From: Candidatus Beckwithbacteria bacterium GW2011_GWC1_49_16
Lineage (GTDB): Bacteria > Patescibacteriota > Microgenomatia > UBA1400 > CG1-02-47-37
Reading direction: 5' to 3'
Assembly (NCBI GenBank): GCA_001029675.1
Contig: CP011210.1
Location: 581,663 to 645,662 of the forward strand
DNA length: 64,000 nucleotides
Shown in pieces: positions 1 to 9,833 of this stretch (its first letter is position 1; every line of letters begins with the position of its first letter). The notes under the pieces were generated by a model. It had not been told where the DNA came from, did not search any database, and was given only the letters and a program-made list of their open reading frames with translations. The position numbers and the translations under genes are program-made.

Positions 1-596
1 AATATAAAAGGTAGGGTTGGCTAATGCCATAACGGGTCATGACTTTGGTCAACTTTCGGGGGGAGATTTTCCGGGTAAAACGTTTGTGGTTGATGCCGGG
101 GTAGACCACGGTGATATCTTGAGGTGCAAGGCCAAAGTGCTCAACCAAATCATTTTTCGAAGCGCGGGAGATGGTCAAAATGTGGCGGGCTTTTTTGACC
201 GAATAGCTGGTCCAGCGGGTGAGTTTAACCAGGTCAGTCTTTAAAAACTGATCGGGGAACTTGAGAAAGGCTAGGTCAAGAATGGTGACGATGCGGGGCA
301 CGGGGCAAAAGCGGGGGGCATAGTGGGTCAGGCTTAAAAAAGCTTTGAGGTTGGGAGTTTTATAAAGGGCCAGCGGTAGACGCCATTGAGTCCAGAACCA
401 ACCCGGCCTTAAAACCCGGTAGCGCCAGTGACCTACGGCTTGGGGCAGGTCGCCCGCGGGAGGGTTTTTTAAAAAGATTTGGTAGCGGTTTTGGCGGTCG
501 AGCTGGCTGATCTGCCAGAGAATTTGGGAAGCAAACTCGTTGCTGCCTACCTTATTTTCTACGTTGGCTTCGTTGGCGTCAATGCCGATGAGCATA
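1..596 (-). CDS. glycosyltransferase family 4 (GT-B), N-terminal portion; the gene runs off the left edge of the window
   Basis: I translated the minus strand of 1-596 by hand: MLIGIDANEANVENKVGSNEFASQILWQISQLDRQNRYQIFLKNPP...TILDLAFLKFPDQF... This parallels the N-terminus of the adjacent GT4 (TIHDLTFLKFPQAH). It is missing from the ORF track because it lacks an in-window stop. The start ATG overlaps the 3' end of the upstream gene. Confidence 0.5.
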
Positions 597-1691
597 AACT
601 TGGTGGTAAATTTTGAGAGTTTCCCTGGCAGTTTTACCCCAGGAAAATTTTTGAGCCTGGGTAAAACCTAAGTTTATCCGGGCGCGCCTTTGAGCCGGCG
701 TTAGTTTTAAAACTTGGTTTATGGCCCGGGCAATTTTTGCCGGGCTTTTGGCGTCGGCATAAAAGGCGGCTTGGCCGCCTAACTCCGGCAGGCTCGAACC
801 GGTAGAGGTCACCACCGGACAGCCCGAAGCCAAAGCCTCTAGAATCGGCAAGCCGAAGCCCTCGTAGAGGGAAGGGTAAACCAAGGCTTTAGCCCCACAG
901 TATAAGATGCTCAAGTCTTCGTCGGGGACAAAGCCAATAAGCTTGATCCCTTTGACCGGCTTGACTTGGTCTCCCCAGCCGAATTTGCCGGCGATGACGA
1001 GAGTTAATTCACTCCCGGAGTGGTGTTGATAGGCTTTAATCAACCGCGCCAGGTTTTTTCTTGGCTCCTGGGTGCCGACGGATAAAAGATAGTCCCCTTT
1101 TAACTGGTACTTGGCTTTGACCCAGCGAATTTCCCCTTTGTCGTTTACCGGCTTGAAAACCTCGGCCGGGGCCAGGTAAACCACGGCCAGTTTGTCTTCA
1201 GGAATACCGTAGGTTAAAAGATCTTTTTTGGTGGCGACAGAATCAACGATAATCTTGGCAGCTTTTTTTTGGGCCAGCTTCAGGTGGCGGGTTTGGGCTT
1301 TGACCACTTTGGCGGTATGGGCTTGAGGAAACTTTAAAAAAGTTAGGTCGTGGATGGTGGTGACAATTTGGGCGCCGCTGGGAGGCAGGGCCCAGTTTGA
1401 GGCGTGGAAAATGTCAGTTCGCCCGGTAAAGTGATCGGGGCTGACGATTTGCCAGCGGTTCCAGAAAAGGTCAACTAAGGCAGGAGAAAGGTTGGTGACG
1501 ACTTTTTTTATCCCGGGGCGGTCGACCTGTTTTAAGAAAGCCTTCAAGGTATCTTTTTGGCGCAGGCTGCCGCCGTAAAGGACGTAGCGGTTTTTTTTAT
1601 CAAGCGCCAGCAGGCTTTTAACCAGCTGCTCTGTGTAACGGGAAACGCCGAGCTGATAGACGATCTGGGAGATGTCAATGGCGATGGTCAT
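579..1691 (-). CDS. glycosyltransferase family 4 (GT-B fold, retaining GT1-superfamily)
   Basis: 370 aa. C-terminal EGFGLPILEALASGCPVV nucleotide-sugar binding motif typical of GT4. 4-nt overlap with the downstream gene. Confidence 0.8.
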   Translation of the reverse strand: MTIAIDISQIVYQLGVSRYTEQLVKSLLALDKKNRYVLYGGSLRQKDTLKAFLKQVDRPGIKKVVTNLSPALVDLFWNRWQIVSPDHFTGRTDIFHASNWALPPSGAQIVTTIHDLTFLKFPQAHTAKVVKAQTRHLKLAQKKAAKIIVDSVATKKDLLTYGIPEDKLAVVYLAPAEVFKPVNDKGEIRWVKAKYQLKGDYLLSVGTQEPRKNLARLIKAYQHHSGSELTLVIAGKFGWGDQVKPVKGIKLIGFVPDEDLSILYCGAKALVYPSLYEGFGLPILEALASGCPVVTSTGSSLPELGGQAAFYADAKSPAKIARAINQVLKLTPAQRRARINLGFTQAQKFSWGKTARETLKIYHQVYAHRH

Positions 1692-3064
1692 TTAATATAT
1701 TGTATCAGGGTGAGATCACCGGTGAAGTGACGGACGAAATTTGGCTTAAAACCGGAGAGTTCAAGTTTTTGGCGGCTGGTTAGGCTGGGATCAAAGATAG
1801 CTTCGGCGTAGGGCACCAGCCAAATCTGACGAGCGTCAAGAACCGAAGCCAGGTTGTCGCTGGCGACGATGTTGCCGGCATAGTAATATTTTAAAGGCGC
1901 GTCAACCACGGGGATGATCACCACCGGTTGAAGGTTTAAGTTTTTCTCGACCAGGACTTTGACTAAGCCCCGCCAGTCTTCCCGGTGGAATTTGGGGTTT
2001 AATAGATAAACGGCGGAAGCGGTCAGGTTTAAGACAAGAAAAAAAGCCAAGGCTAACCCTTGATAGTTTTTTTTGAGCAAACTTGCGCCCAACACCAGCC
2101 CCAAGTAAAAAGCCGGCAGCAAAAACAAGAGGCGAAAATAAGCCAGGACCGGGACTTTGACAGAAACTAAAACTATCAGTAAAAAAGGTAAAACCAACCA
2201 GGAAAAAATGACCACTTTGGCAAAGCTTAATTTGGGCTTGGCCTTAAGGGCCAAAATAATCAGCCAGGAAGACAACGCCAAGGGCACGGCTAAGACGAGA
2301 GCAAAGACAAAGTTGTTATCGATGGCGATGCGGCCGACTAAAAACTTGACCGGGATGAGGCTTAGGTTTTTGAAACTTACGCCGCCGACGACGCTACTCC
2401 AAGCCGGGCTGGCGGCAGCGGAAGCAAGGCCGACTTTAACCTGGCTAAATAAAGTCGGCAGCCAGGGTATGAAGGTTAAGACTGAAGCCAATTGAAGCAG
2501 AAAAACTTTTTTAAATTTTGACCTATCTAATAAAAAAACTGCCACGGCTTGGGCGGGCAAGACAAACCAAGCCAAATAGTGAGAATAAAGCAAGCTAGTT
2601 AAAAAGAAAAAATACTGCCACTGGTGGCTGCCCGATCTTATCAAGCGGATGAGACAAAAAAATGAGCCGGTGACTGCCAAAGTCACCAGGCTATACATTC
2701 TGGCCTCCTGGGAATAGTAAAGGTGCAAACCTGATGTTGCTAGTAAAAGCGCTGGCCAGTGGGCAACTTTTTTGGGTAAAACTTCGCGGGCGATAAGATA
2801 AACCAAATAAACTGTAGCCACGCCAAAAACGACCGATGGTAAACGTAAAGCCACCTCCGAGTTACCGAAAATCTTGCTAAAAAAGAAGTTGACTAAGTAA
2901 GACAAAGGCGGGTTAAAATCGTTTTTCAGGTAGACGTTTAAAAGGCCGGAAAGAGAAAAGTTTGCGATAGCTTTGGCTTGAAAAGCCTCATCCAGCCAAA
3001 GCGACTGGTTGAGGTTAATTATTCTTAAGAAAGCGGCAAAAAATAAAACAAAAGCGAGCATCAA
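1688..3064 (-). CDS. ArnT/PMT-like GT-C membrane glycosyltransferase (GT39/GT83-like)
   Basis: 458 aa, polytopic. N-terminal first-loop motif LWLDEAFQ (the DE motif of the PMT_2/ArnT family). Highly hydrophobic throughout. Confidence 0.7.
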   Translation of the reverse strand: MMLAFVLFFAAFLRIINLNQSLWLDEAFQAKAIANFSLSGLLNVYLKNDFNPPLSYLVNFFFSKIFGNSEVALRLPSVVFGVATVYLVYLIAREVLPKKVAHWPALLLATSGLHLYYSQEARMYSLVTLAVTGSFFCLIRLIRSGSHQWQYFFFLTSLLYSHYLAWFVLPAQAVAVFLLDRSKFKKVFLLQLASVLTFIPWLPTLFSQVKVGLASAAASPAWSSVVGGVSFKNLSLIPVKFLVGRIAIDNNFVFALVLAVPLALSSWLIILALKAKPKLSFAKVVIFSWLVLPFLLIVLVSVKVPVLAYFRLLFLLPAFYLGLVLGASLLKKNYQGLALAFFLVLNLTASAVYLLNPKFHREDWRGLVKVLVEKNLNLQPVVIIPVVDAPLKYYYAGNIVASDNLASVLDARQIWLVPYAEAIFDPSLTSRQKLELSGFKPNFVRHFTGDLTLIQYIK

Positions 3065-3065
3065 A

Positions 3066-3884
3066 TCAGTACCTCCGCCCGGTCAAACTGATAAGCGCTC
3101 CGATTAAAAGCCCCAAGTCGTAGACTAACTGATAAATCACCATTCTGGCCTCGACAAAGCGGACGGCCTTTAAACTGCCCCAAACCAAGGAAAAGACGGC
3201 GTTGGCGCGAAAGGCGGCCCAAATGGCTCCCCAAGACCCGAGTTTGTAAGGACGTTTACCCACCCAAACGGCGTGGCTAAAGATTTTGGTGATGGTTTCC
3301 GGGTGAGAGTGAAAAAACTTGGCAGGAGTGCGGTAAGGCACAAACCCGAGCTTGTCGGCCAGGGTCCAGTCGTCGGTGTAACCGGTGGGGGTAAAACCGC
3401 CGGCGCGGTCAAAGTCTTTTTTGAGGATGGCCCGAAAAACCTCTTTTTGCCCGGTTGACTCCCCGACCATTTTATTGCTTCCCCGCCAGTGGTAGAAATT
3501 AGCGCACCTGGCCCAATGATGGTACCAGTTTTTGACCCATTCGTTGCCCGACCAGGTGCCCCTAGCCTTACCGCTTGAAATCGGTCGGGTCAAGAACTTT
3601 AGAAATTGGCGGTCAAACTCCATGTCGGCATCGACAAAAACCAGGATGTCTCCGGTGGCGTGATGCGCGCCGAAGTTTCTGGATAGCCCCGGCCCTTGGT
3701 GGGGGCGGCGAAAAAGCCTGACTGAAAATCTTTTGGCGGTTTCGGCGGTGCCATCACGCGAGCCGTCGTCGACCACGATGATTTCTTTCGGCTTTAAGGA
3801 TTGACGGCTAAGGCTTTGAAGACAAGTGGCAATGGTCGCTTGGCTGTTGTAAGCGGGAATGATGACGGAAACAGATTTAACCAT
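3066..3884 (-). CDS. glycosyltransferase family 2
   Basis: VSVIIPAYNS...IIVVDDGSRDGT...VFVDADMEF (DXD) signature of a GT-A fold GT2. Confidence 0.75.
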   Translation of the reverse strand: MVKSVSVIIPAYNSQATIATCLQSLSRQSLKPKEIIVVDDGSRDGTAETAKRFSVRLFRRPHQGPGLSRNFGAHHATGDILVFVDADMEFDRQFLKFLTRPISSGKARGTWSGNEWVKNWYHHWARCANFYHWRGSNKMVGESTGQKEVFRAILKKDFDRAGGFTPTGYTDDWTLADKLGFVPYRTPAKFFHSHPETITKIFSHAVWVGKRPYKLGSWGAIWAAFRANAVFSLVWGSLKAVRFVEARMVIYQLVYDLGLLIGALISLTGRRY

Positions 3885-3896
3885 TAATCCTCTTAT

Positions 3897-5192
3897 TTAA
3901 TCATAATATTCAAATCTTGGCTCGCTACGACTGGGGATAAATTTTATCTGACGACCGGCATAAAAAGAAACGAACAAACCGTTTAAATCGATGAATTCTT
4001 CGCTGGCGTAGACGGTTACCAGCTGGCCTTCGGGCGCAGTTTGATTAATTAAAGTGCCCAAGTCGTAACCGGGGCGGTGGGCCTGGGTGGCGTAAAGAGC
4101 CTCGACGAATTGGCGGCGTTCCCAGGCGATAACAAAGATTAAGGTTAAAAGGGTAACCAGGGCTAACTTAAAGCTCTTTTTCTTCAGCCATTCGACCAGC
4201 CAAGAAAAACTTAGGGCCAGGAAGGGCAAAAGGAAGATGTTGAAGTATTCGTGGATATAAACGACGTTGGAAAAAATCACCGGGTAAGCAAGACCAAATA
4301 AAAATAAAACTAAGATAATTGACGCCTGCGGCGTCAGGGCGGTAAGCCGTTTGAGGTTTTTAAGCTGGGCCAGCAAAAAGATTAAGCCGGCGGCGGCTAA
4401 AATTCTGGTGTAATAAACCGTCAGCCAGCGTACTTCTTGGATCAAGTAACCTTTTAAGGTAAAGCTGGCCGAGCGGGGGTCAACAGAGTCCAGCGTTGAG
4501 GTTAAGTTAAGCCTTAATAATAAAGCCTCAAGCAGTCCCCCCCCGGTGAAAGAACCGGTTAACCAGAAAACGTGAATCAGGTGGAGTGCAAAAGTCGCCA
4601 CTAAAACACCCAGGCTTAAGGCTGCGGCGCGTTTGAGCCGGGGTTTGAAAATGGCCGCGTGTAAAAAAATAAAGGGGTAAAGAAAGTAGCCGGCCCAGCC
4701 GGTCAAGCCGTTTAGGGCTGTAGCAATGAGGAATTTGATTAGGTTTGGCCGGTTCGGTTGTTTACCAAGATCAAGATAAAAGTTTAGGGATAAAAAAGAA
4801 AAAAAGACGATCATGGCCTCCTGGGAAGGCATGAGGGAAAAGTAACGCACCATCGGGCTAGCGGCTACGGCCAAGGCGGCCAGAGAACCCAGCCGGGAAA
4901 ACTTGAGTTTTCTGGCGATAACTACCAGCAAAATCAAATAACCCAGGGTAAAGACGGCGGGGACTACCCTGGCGACTAAGTCTGAAACGCCGAAAAGTTT
5001 GAAAGCCAAAGCCAAAGTCAAAGGAAACAGAGGCGGGTAGTGGGTGTAGTAACCTCCTCCGGTAAACTGGCCTAGTTTGGTAATGACTAACCCCAGATTC
5101 AAGTAGTTACGGGCAATTTGACTATAAAAAACCCCGTTCCAGTCGTGATGGCCGATGAAAGGTTTTACCAGCTGATTTATAAAACCTGCCAT
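3897..5192 (-). CDS. ArnT-like GT-C membrane glycosyltransferase (GT83-like)
   Basis: 431 aa, polytopic. N-terminal HHDWNGVFYSQIARNY resembles the ArnT DEARYAEIAREM loop. Contains a G8/C8 homopolymer in the coding sequence. Confidence 0.55.
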   Translation of the reverse strand: MAGFINQLVKPFIGHHDWNGVFYSQIARNYLNLGLVITKLGQFTGGGYYTHYPPLFPLTLALAFKLFGVSDLVARVVPAVFTLGYLILLVVIARKLKFSRLGSLAALAVAASPMVRYFSLMPSQEAMIVFFSFLSLNFYLDLGKQPNRPNLIKFLIATALNGLTGWAGYFLYPFIFLHAAIFKPRLKRAAALSLGVLVATFALHLIHVFWLTGSFTGGGLLEALLLRLNLTSTLDSVDPRSASFTLKGYLIQEVRWLTVYYTRILAAAGLIFLLAQLKNLKRLTALTPQASIILVLFLFGLAYPVIFSNVVYIHEYFNIFLLPFLALSFSWLVEWLKKKSFKLALVTLLTLIFVIAWERRQFVEALYATQAHRPGYDLGTLINQTAPEGQLVTVYASEEFIDLNGLFVSFYAGRQIKFIPSRSEPRFEYYD

Positions 5193-6208
5193 AGTTTTAA
5201 GTATTTTTGGGCCAGACCATCCCAGGAGAACTTCAAGGCCTGGGTTCGGGGAGAAACGGGCGGCTGGCGGCTTAAAGCTTTTTTAAGGGCAGAAGCGTAG
5301 AGGTTTAAGTTGGTGGGATCGACCAGGTAGCCGGCCCGACCGACCAATTCGGCTCTTATGGGATCGTCGGTAACTACCACCGGCAGGCCCGAGGCCAAAG
5401 CCTCCAAAATGCTGATGCCGTAGGCCTCAACCGGAAGAGCCGGCAAGGTGTAGGCTTGACAGCTTCTATAAACCGGGGGGAGATCGCGGTAGCCAACGGC
5501 AATGTTTTTAAACCGGTTTCCCAAAAGCTTTTGACCCAAAGTAATTGTTTCCGGCCGCTGGCTGCCGACCAGAAGCAGGCTGGCGTTTTTGGCTTGGGCC
5601 ACCGCTTTGATGGCCAGTCCCGCCCGCTTGGTTTTTTGGGGGCCGGCGACGGTCAGGATCACCGGCGGCTTTAAGCCATGGTGAAACTTTTTACCTTGCC
5701 GGGTAAAGCGGGCGGTGTTGACGCCGACGGCAATGGTTTTAAGGTTGGCTTTGGGGTTGACGCTTTTGGCCCAACTGGCGTGAAAGCGGGTTAAGCAGAT
5801 AAAAACGTCAGGCTTTAACCAAAGGTTGACTTTGTCGTCCCAGCCGATGCCGGAAAAACCGGCGAGAGTCAGCTTGGTGGGACGTTGGCGGCAAAAGAGT
5901 TTGGCGTAAAGGCTCATCCAGCCGTTGTTTAAAGGCAAAAGGATGTCGGGCGGATCAGCTTCAAGTTTTTTGAGGACCATTTTTGTAAAACGGCAGACCG
6001 AAAGGCTGGTAGGGTCGAGATAAAGGTAGTTGAGGATTGTGGGGCGGCCGGCCGGCGGCAGCCGGGGCTTTAAACCAACCGATGCCGCCGAGTAAACAGT
6101 TAAGTCAATTTTATCCTTGAGACGGGCTTGAATTTCTGTGACAATGGTTTCTACCCCGCGGCTGACGGTTCCGGAGTAATAACTTAGGATAACCACTTTT
6201 TTCTTCAT
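5177..6208 (-). CDS. glycosyltransferase family 4
   Basis: 343 aa. C-terminal YGISILEALASGLPVVVTDD motif. Confidence 0.75.
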   Translation of the reverse strand: MKKKVVILSYYSGTVSRGVETIVTEIQARLKDKIDLTVYSAASVGLKPRLPPAGRPTILNYLYLDPTSLSVCRFTKMVLKKLEADPPDILLPLNNGWMSLYAKLFCRQRPTKLTLAGFSGIGWDDKVNLWLKPDVFICLTRFHASWAKSVNPKANLKTIAVGVNTARFTRQGKKFHHGLKPPVILTVAGPQKTKRAGLAIKAVAQAKNASLLLVGSQRPETITLGQKLLGNRFKNIAVGYRDLPPVYRSCQAYTLPALPVEAYGISILEALASGLPVVVTDDPIRAELVGRAGYLVDPTNLNLYASALKKALSRQPPVSPRTQALKFSWDGLAQKYLKLWQVL

Positions 6209-7467
6209 GTTGGTTTCGGTCGATAGGTTAAAGCCAGGACTGCGGTCAAGGTGTTAAGGGCAATTAAGGTTAAGCTGGCGGCCAAAGCGGCGCCAACGGC
6301 CTGATATTGGGGAATCAGGACTAAGTCCAGACCAACCAGAAGGGCAAGCTGAATTAAACTTAGTCCAAAAAATACTTTAACCCTGCCGGTGGAGTAGATC
6401 AAGTGCGAGACATAGGGGGCGCCGGCGACAAAAAAGGCAAAACCTAAGGATAAAATCTTGGTGGGCAAAACCGCTGCTTGGTAGCCCGAACCAAAAATCA
6501 GCTGGACTAAAAATTCTGATAAGGGGATGATCAGTAAAACCAGGGCTGCCAAGATCAAGCTTAGCTTAGCGGCTTTAAACAGGTATTTTTGGCTGGTAGC
6601 CGAATCGGGAAAAGAGGCAAAGCGGGGAGCAAAGATTAGGCTCAAGGCGGCGGCAAACTGAATGGCGGGCATAAAAAAGCGGTAGGCCGCCTGGTAGATG
6701 CCGGTGGTGGTGGCGTCGGTTAACCTCAATAAGATGGCGGTGTCGACGCGGCCGTGGATGGCGGCTAAAATAAAACCGGCAGTGAGCCACTTTTGAAAAT
6801 GAAAAAATCTGCGTTTAACTTTGGGGGTCACCTTGGCTTTTAAAAAGTCCCAGGAAATAAGCTTGGCTCCCAACACCAGACCGCCGACAGCCCCCAGGGT
6901 ATAAGCCAACAAGCTGTTGCCCACGGTCAAGCGGGCCACCAAGTAGATGGCTACCACCGCTGCCAGGCGCAACAGGTTGATGATAATGTCGACGCTGGTG
7001 TCGGCTAAGAATCGCCTTTGGGACTGGAGTAGGGCCTTAGGGAAACGGAAAAGAAACACGGCCGGAATAATCGCGGCGGCTAAAAGCAAGTAGGGTTTTA
7101 GCTCGGGGTGAATCAGGTTGGCAACGGGTTGACTCAAGACGGCAAATAAGGCACCGGCAGTTAGACCCAAGATCAGTTTTAAATAAAAACCGTATTTGAT
7201 AAAACTTTTGTCAGCATCGGTGGCTTGGGAGGCAAAATTGACGATAGAACTGGAGATAGCTAAATCGATTGAGTCGATGACGATGACCACTATGGCCAAA
7301 GCGGTCGTGTAAAGGCCAAAACCGGTGGGGCCGAGTAACCGGGCGATTAAAAAAATGCTGGCGGCGGCAAGAAGCGTGCTCAAACCCATGCCGGCGGTAA
7401 CGATAACCGCGTCTTTGATGGTTTGAGTCCTGGTGACGGCCAGAAGGCTTTTGATAATCTTAGCCAT
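6205..7467 (-). CDS. Wzx-like oligosaccharide flippase (MOP superfamily polysaccharide biosynthesis protein)
   Basis: 420 aa with about 12 predicted TM helices and the typical Wzx/MATE-like topology. Sits inside a glycan locus. Confidence 0.6.
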   Translation of the reverse strand: MAKIIKSLLAVTRTQTIKDAVIVTAGMGLSTLLAAASIFLIARLLGPTGFGLYTTALAIVVIVIDSIDLAISSSIVNFASQATDADKSFIKYGFYLKLILGLTAGALFAVLSQPVANLIHPELKPYLLLAAAIIPAVFLFRFPKALLQSQRRFLADTSVDIIINLLRLAAVVAIYLVARLTVGNSLLAYTLGAVGGLVLGAKLISWDFLKAKVTPKVKRRFFHFQKWLTAGFILAAIHGRVDTAILLRLTDATTTGIYQAAYRFFMPAIQFAAALSLIFAPRFASFPDSATSQKYLFKAAKLSLILAALVLLIIPLSEFLVQLIFGSGYQAAVLPTKILSLGFAFFVAGAPYVSHLIYSTGRVKVFFGLSLIQLALLVGLDLVLIPQYQAVGAALAASLTLIALNTLTAVLALTYRPKPT

Positions 7468-7476
7468 GAGTTGAGT

Positions 7477-7839
7477 TTAGCTTTTGGCGACCACGAGAAT
7501 GCCGGAAACGATAATCATCAAACCCAGCCAGCGCAAGGGGGGGACGGTCTCTTTGAGCACCAACCAAGATAAAAAGACGGTGACGACGTAGGAGGCGGCC
7601 ACCAAAGGGTAGACAAAAGAAAGCTTTTCCCGGGATAAGACCACCAGCCAGATAAGCGCGCTGACAAAATAAAAAAACAACCCCAACAAAACCAGCGGGT
7701 TTAAAAAAATCTTGATAAACTCTGAAACCACCGAAGTCTTGGTGAGGCTGATTTCGCCTACTTGGTTCATGCCGCTTTTTAGAATCAGTTGGCCGATAGC
7801 GGCCACGATTACAGGCGTAAAAATCAAGACAAATCTCAT
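7477..7839 (-). CDS. small 4-TM membrane protein, EamA/SMR-like (candidate ArnE/ArnF- or GtrA-type lipid-linked sugar flippase subunit)
   Basis: 120 aa, four hydrophobic segments. Adjacent to the Wzx gene and to UDP-GlcA-modifying enzymes. Confidence 0.4.
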   Translation of the reverse strand: MRFVLIFTPVIVAAIGQLILKSGMNQVGEISLTKTSVVSEFIKIFLNPLVLLGLFFYFVSALIWLVVLSREKLSFVYPLVAASYVVTVFLSWLVLKETVPPLRWLGLMIIVSGILVVAKS

Positions 7840-7864
7840 CTAGTATGATAGTATCACATTAGTT

Positions 7865-8854
7865 ATGGGCAATAAAAGTGCGTTGGTTACCGGCGGTGCC
7901 GGCTTTATCGGTTCCCACCTTTGCGAGGTGCTTTTAAGAAAAAAGTATCGCGTGATTTGCGTCGATAACTTTTTGACCGGCGACCGGCAAAACGTCAAAG
8001 CCCTAATGGATCAAAGCGGTTTTTTGCTGGTAAATGCCGATGTGACCAAAAAACTGCCCGAGGTGCTTTTGGACGAGCCGGTCGACTATGTTTATCATCT
8101 GGCCAGCCCGGCCAGCCCCAACGAGAAAAGCCCGATCTCCTATTTAAGCCTGCCTCTGGAGACTATGGACGTTAATTCTTTGGGGACGAGAAGGATGCTT
8201 AGATTATCCAAAAAGAAAAAGGCCCGCTTTGTTTATGCTTCGACCTCCGAAGTCTATGGCGACCCCAAGGTCCATCCCCAAACCGAAGATTACTGGGGCA
8301 ACGTCAACCCGAGAGGGGTGAGAGCCTGCTACGACGAAAGCAAACGCTTCGGCGAAGCCTTGACCATGGTTTACGTCAGGAAATTCAAGCTCGACGCCAG
8401 GATCGTCAGGATTTTCAACACCTATGGGCCGAGGATGGACTTGAGAGACGGCCGGGCCGTAGTCAACTTTATTACCCAAGCTTTGAAAAACGAACCGCTG
8501 ACGATCCACGGCAAGGGCAGCCAAACCAGGAGTTTTTGTTACGTCGACGACTTGGTCAAAGGCTTAATCAAGCTAGCGGAAACCGACAACCTGACCGGAG
8601 AAGTAGTCAACCTGGGCAGCACCGAGGAGCTGACGGTGCTTGACATGGCAAAAAAAGTCAAAAGAGCTACTAAGTCTAAATCAGAATTTACCTACACCAA
8701 GCGGCCTGATGATGATCCAAGGAAAAGAAGGCCCGATATTTCCAAGGCAAGAAGGCTGTTGGGTTGGACGCCGAATGTGGGCTTTAGTCAGGGCTTGAAA
8801 AAGACTATTGCCTATTTTGAAGCCAAACTCAGAGATGAAACGGTCACGGCCTAA
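7865..8854 (+). CDS. UDP-glucuronate decarboxylase (UXS / ArnA C-terminal domain-like extended SDR)
   Basis: TGGAGFIGSHLCEVLL...VICVDNFLTGDRQNV closely matches UDP-xylose synthase. YDESKR catalytic Tyr/Lys motif. Confidence 0.7.
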   Translation: MGNKSALVTGGAGFIGSHLCEVLLRKKYRVICVDNFLTGDRQNVKALMDQSGFLLVNADVTKKLPEVLLDEPVDYVYHLASPASPNEKSPISYLSLPLETMDVNSLGTRRMLRLSKKKKARFVYASTSEVYGDPKVHPQTEDYWGNVNPRGVRACYDESKRFGEALTMVYVRKFKLDARIVRIFNTYGPRMDLRDGRAVVNFITQALKNEPLTIHGKGSQTRSFCYVDDLVKGLIKLAETDNLTGEVVNLGSTEELTVLDMAKKVKRATKSKSEFTYTKRPDDDPRKRRPDISKARRLLGWTPNVGFSQGLKKTIAYFEAKLRDETVTA

Positions 8855-9803
8855 AACGGTCCTGGTGACCGGTAACGCCGGCTTTATCGGCTCGCATTTA
8901 ACCGAGAAGTTGCTGGCGGATAACTACCGGGTAATCGGGGTAGACAACTTTAACGACTTTTACGACCCCAAGGTCAAGGAAAAAAATGTCGCTGCGGCGA
9001 AAAAAAATCCCCGCTTCAAACAGTACCGGACAGACATTACCGACTTTGGCGCTTTAGAGCGGATTTTTGAGGAAAGCGAGATTGACTTGGTCGTCCATCT
9101 GGCGGCGCGGGCGGGAGTCAGGCCGTCTTTGGTTTATCCCCGGCTGTATCAAAAAGTCAACGTCGAAGGAACGGTTAATTTGTTAGAGCTGACCCGCAAG
9201 TTTGAGGTCGGCAGGTTTATCTTTGGTTCGTCCTCCAGCGTCTACGGCGAGCAAAAAAAAGTCCCCTTTTCCGAGACCGACCCGGTCAACCGACCGGTCA
9301 GCCCCTACGCGGCCAGTAAAAAATCAGCCGAGATGTTTTGTTTTGCCTACTCAAAGCTGTTTGGCATCAAGACCACGGTGTTGCGGTTTTTTACCGTTTA
9401 TGGCCCCCGGGGGCGGCCGGACATGGCGCCGTATATTTTTGCCAAGGCGATTCTGAAAGGGGAGCCGATCACCCGCTATGGCAAAGGCGACACCAGCCGC
9501 GACTATACTTATGTCGACGATGTTGTGACCGGAATTTTGGCGGCGGTTAAAAAGCCCTTTGATTATGAAGTGATCAACCTGGGCCACAACCGGCCGGTGA
9601 AGTTAAACCAGTTTATTGCTACCATCGAGAAAATAGCCGGCAAAAAAGCCAAAATCTTTGAGCAGCCGCGCCACCCGGCAGACGTCAGCCAAACCTTTGC
9701 CGATATTGGTAAGGCCAAAAAACTGCTCGCCTGGCAGCCAAAAACCGATCTAGAAACAGGTCTAAGACGCTTCCTCAACTGGTACTCTAACTCACAACCA
9801 TAA
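8835..9803 (+). CDS. UDP-glucuronate 4-epimerase family NAD-dependent epimerase
   Basis: VLVTGNAGFIGSHL...VIGVDNFNDFYDPKVKEKNV signature (DNFNDYYD..LK) of the Cap1J/GlaKP-type epimerases. The track ORF starts at 8808; an internal ATG at 8835 is the more likely start. Confidence 0.6.
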   Translation: MKRSRPKTVLVTGNAGFIGSHLTEKLLADNYRVIGVDNFNDFYDPKVKEKNVAAAKKNPRFKQYRTDITDFGALERIFEESEIDLVVHLAARAGVRPSLVYPRLYQKVNVEGTVNLLELTRKFEVGRFIFGSSSSVYGEQKKVPFSETDPVNRPVSPYAASKKSAEMFCFAYSKLFGIKTTVLRFFTVYGPRGRPDMAPYIFAKAILKGEPITRYGKGDTSRDYTYVDDVVTGILAAVKKPFDYEVINLGHNRPVKLNQFIATIEKIAGKKAKIFEQPRHPADVSQTFADIGKAKKLLAWQPKTDLETGLRRFLNWYSNSQP

Positions 9804-9812
9804 CATCTAGAT

Positions 9813-9824
9813 TGACGATCGTCA
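9813..9824. other. perfect 12-bp palindrome TGACGATCGTCA in the 30-bp spacer between convergent genes
   Basis: Flanked by the short inverted repeat CATAACA/TGTTATG. Possible bidirectional terminator or protein-binding site. Confidence 0.3.
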
Positions 9825-9833
9825 CTCAAATTG

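Noticed and set aside
17-244. 75-aa plus-strand ORF (TTG start) at the left edge
   Set aside because: It lies antisense within a coherent minus-strand GT4 glycosyltransferase reading frame that runs to the window edge. It has no motif and an alternative start codon.
2157-2495. 112-aa plus-strand ORF and similar small ORFs (8204-8524, 51851-52213, 52105-52437, 53457-53960, 54192-54560, 16596-17079, etc.)
   Set aside because: All are embedded antisense or out-of-frame in long, motif-supported genes. None has a promoter or independent conservation signal I can see.
6575-6790. His/Arg-rich 71-aa ORF (MAHCRFYFSRHPRPRRHRH…)
   Set aside because: It is an out-of-frame read of the Wzx flippase gene on the same strand. 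Low complexity; no independent signals.
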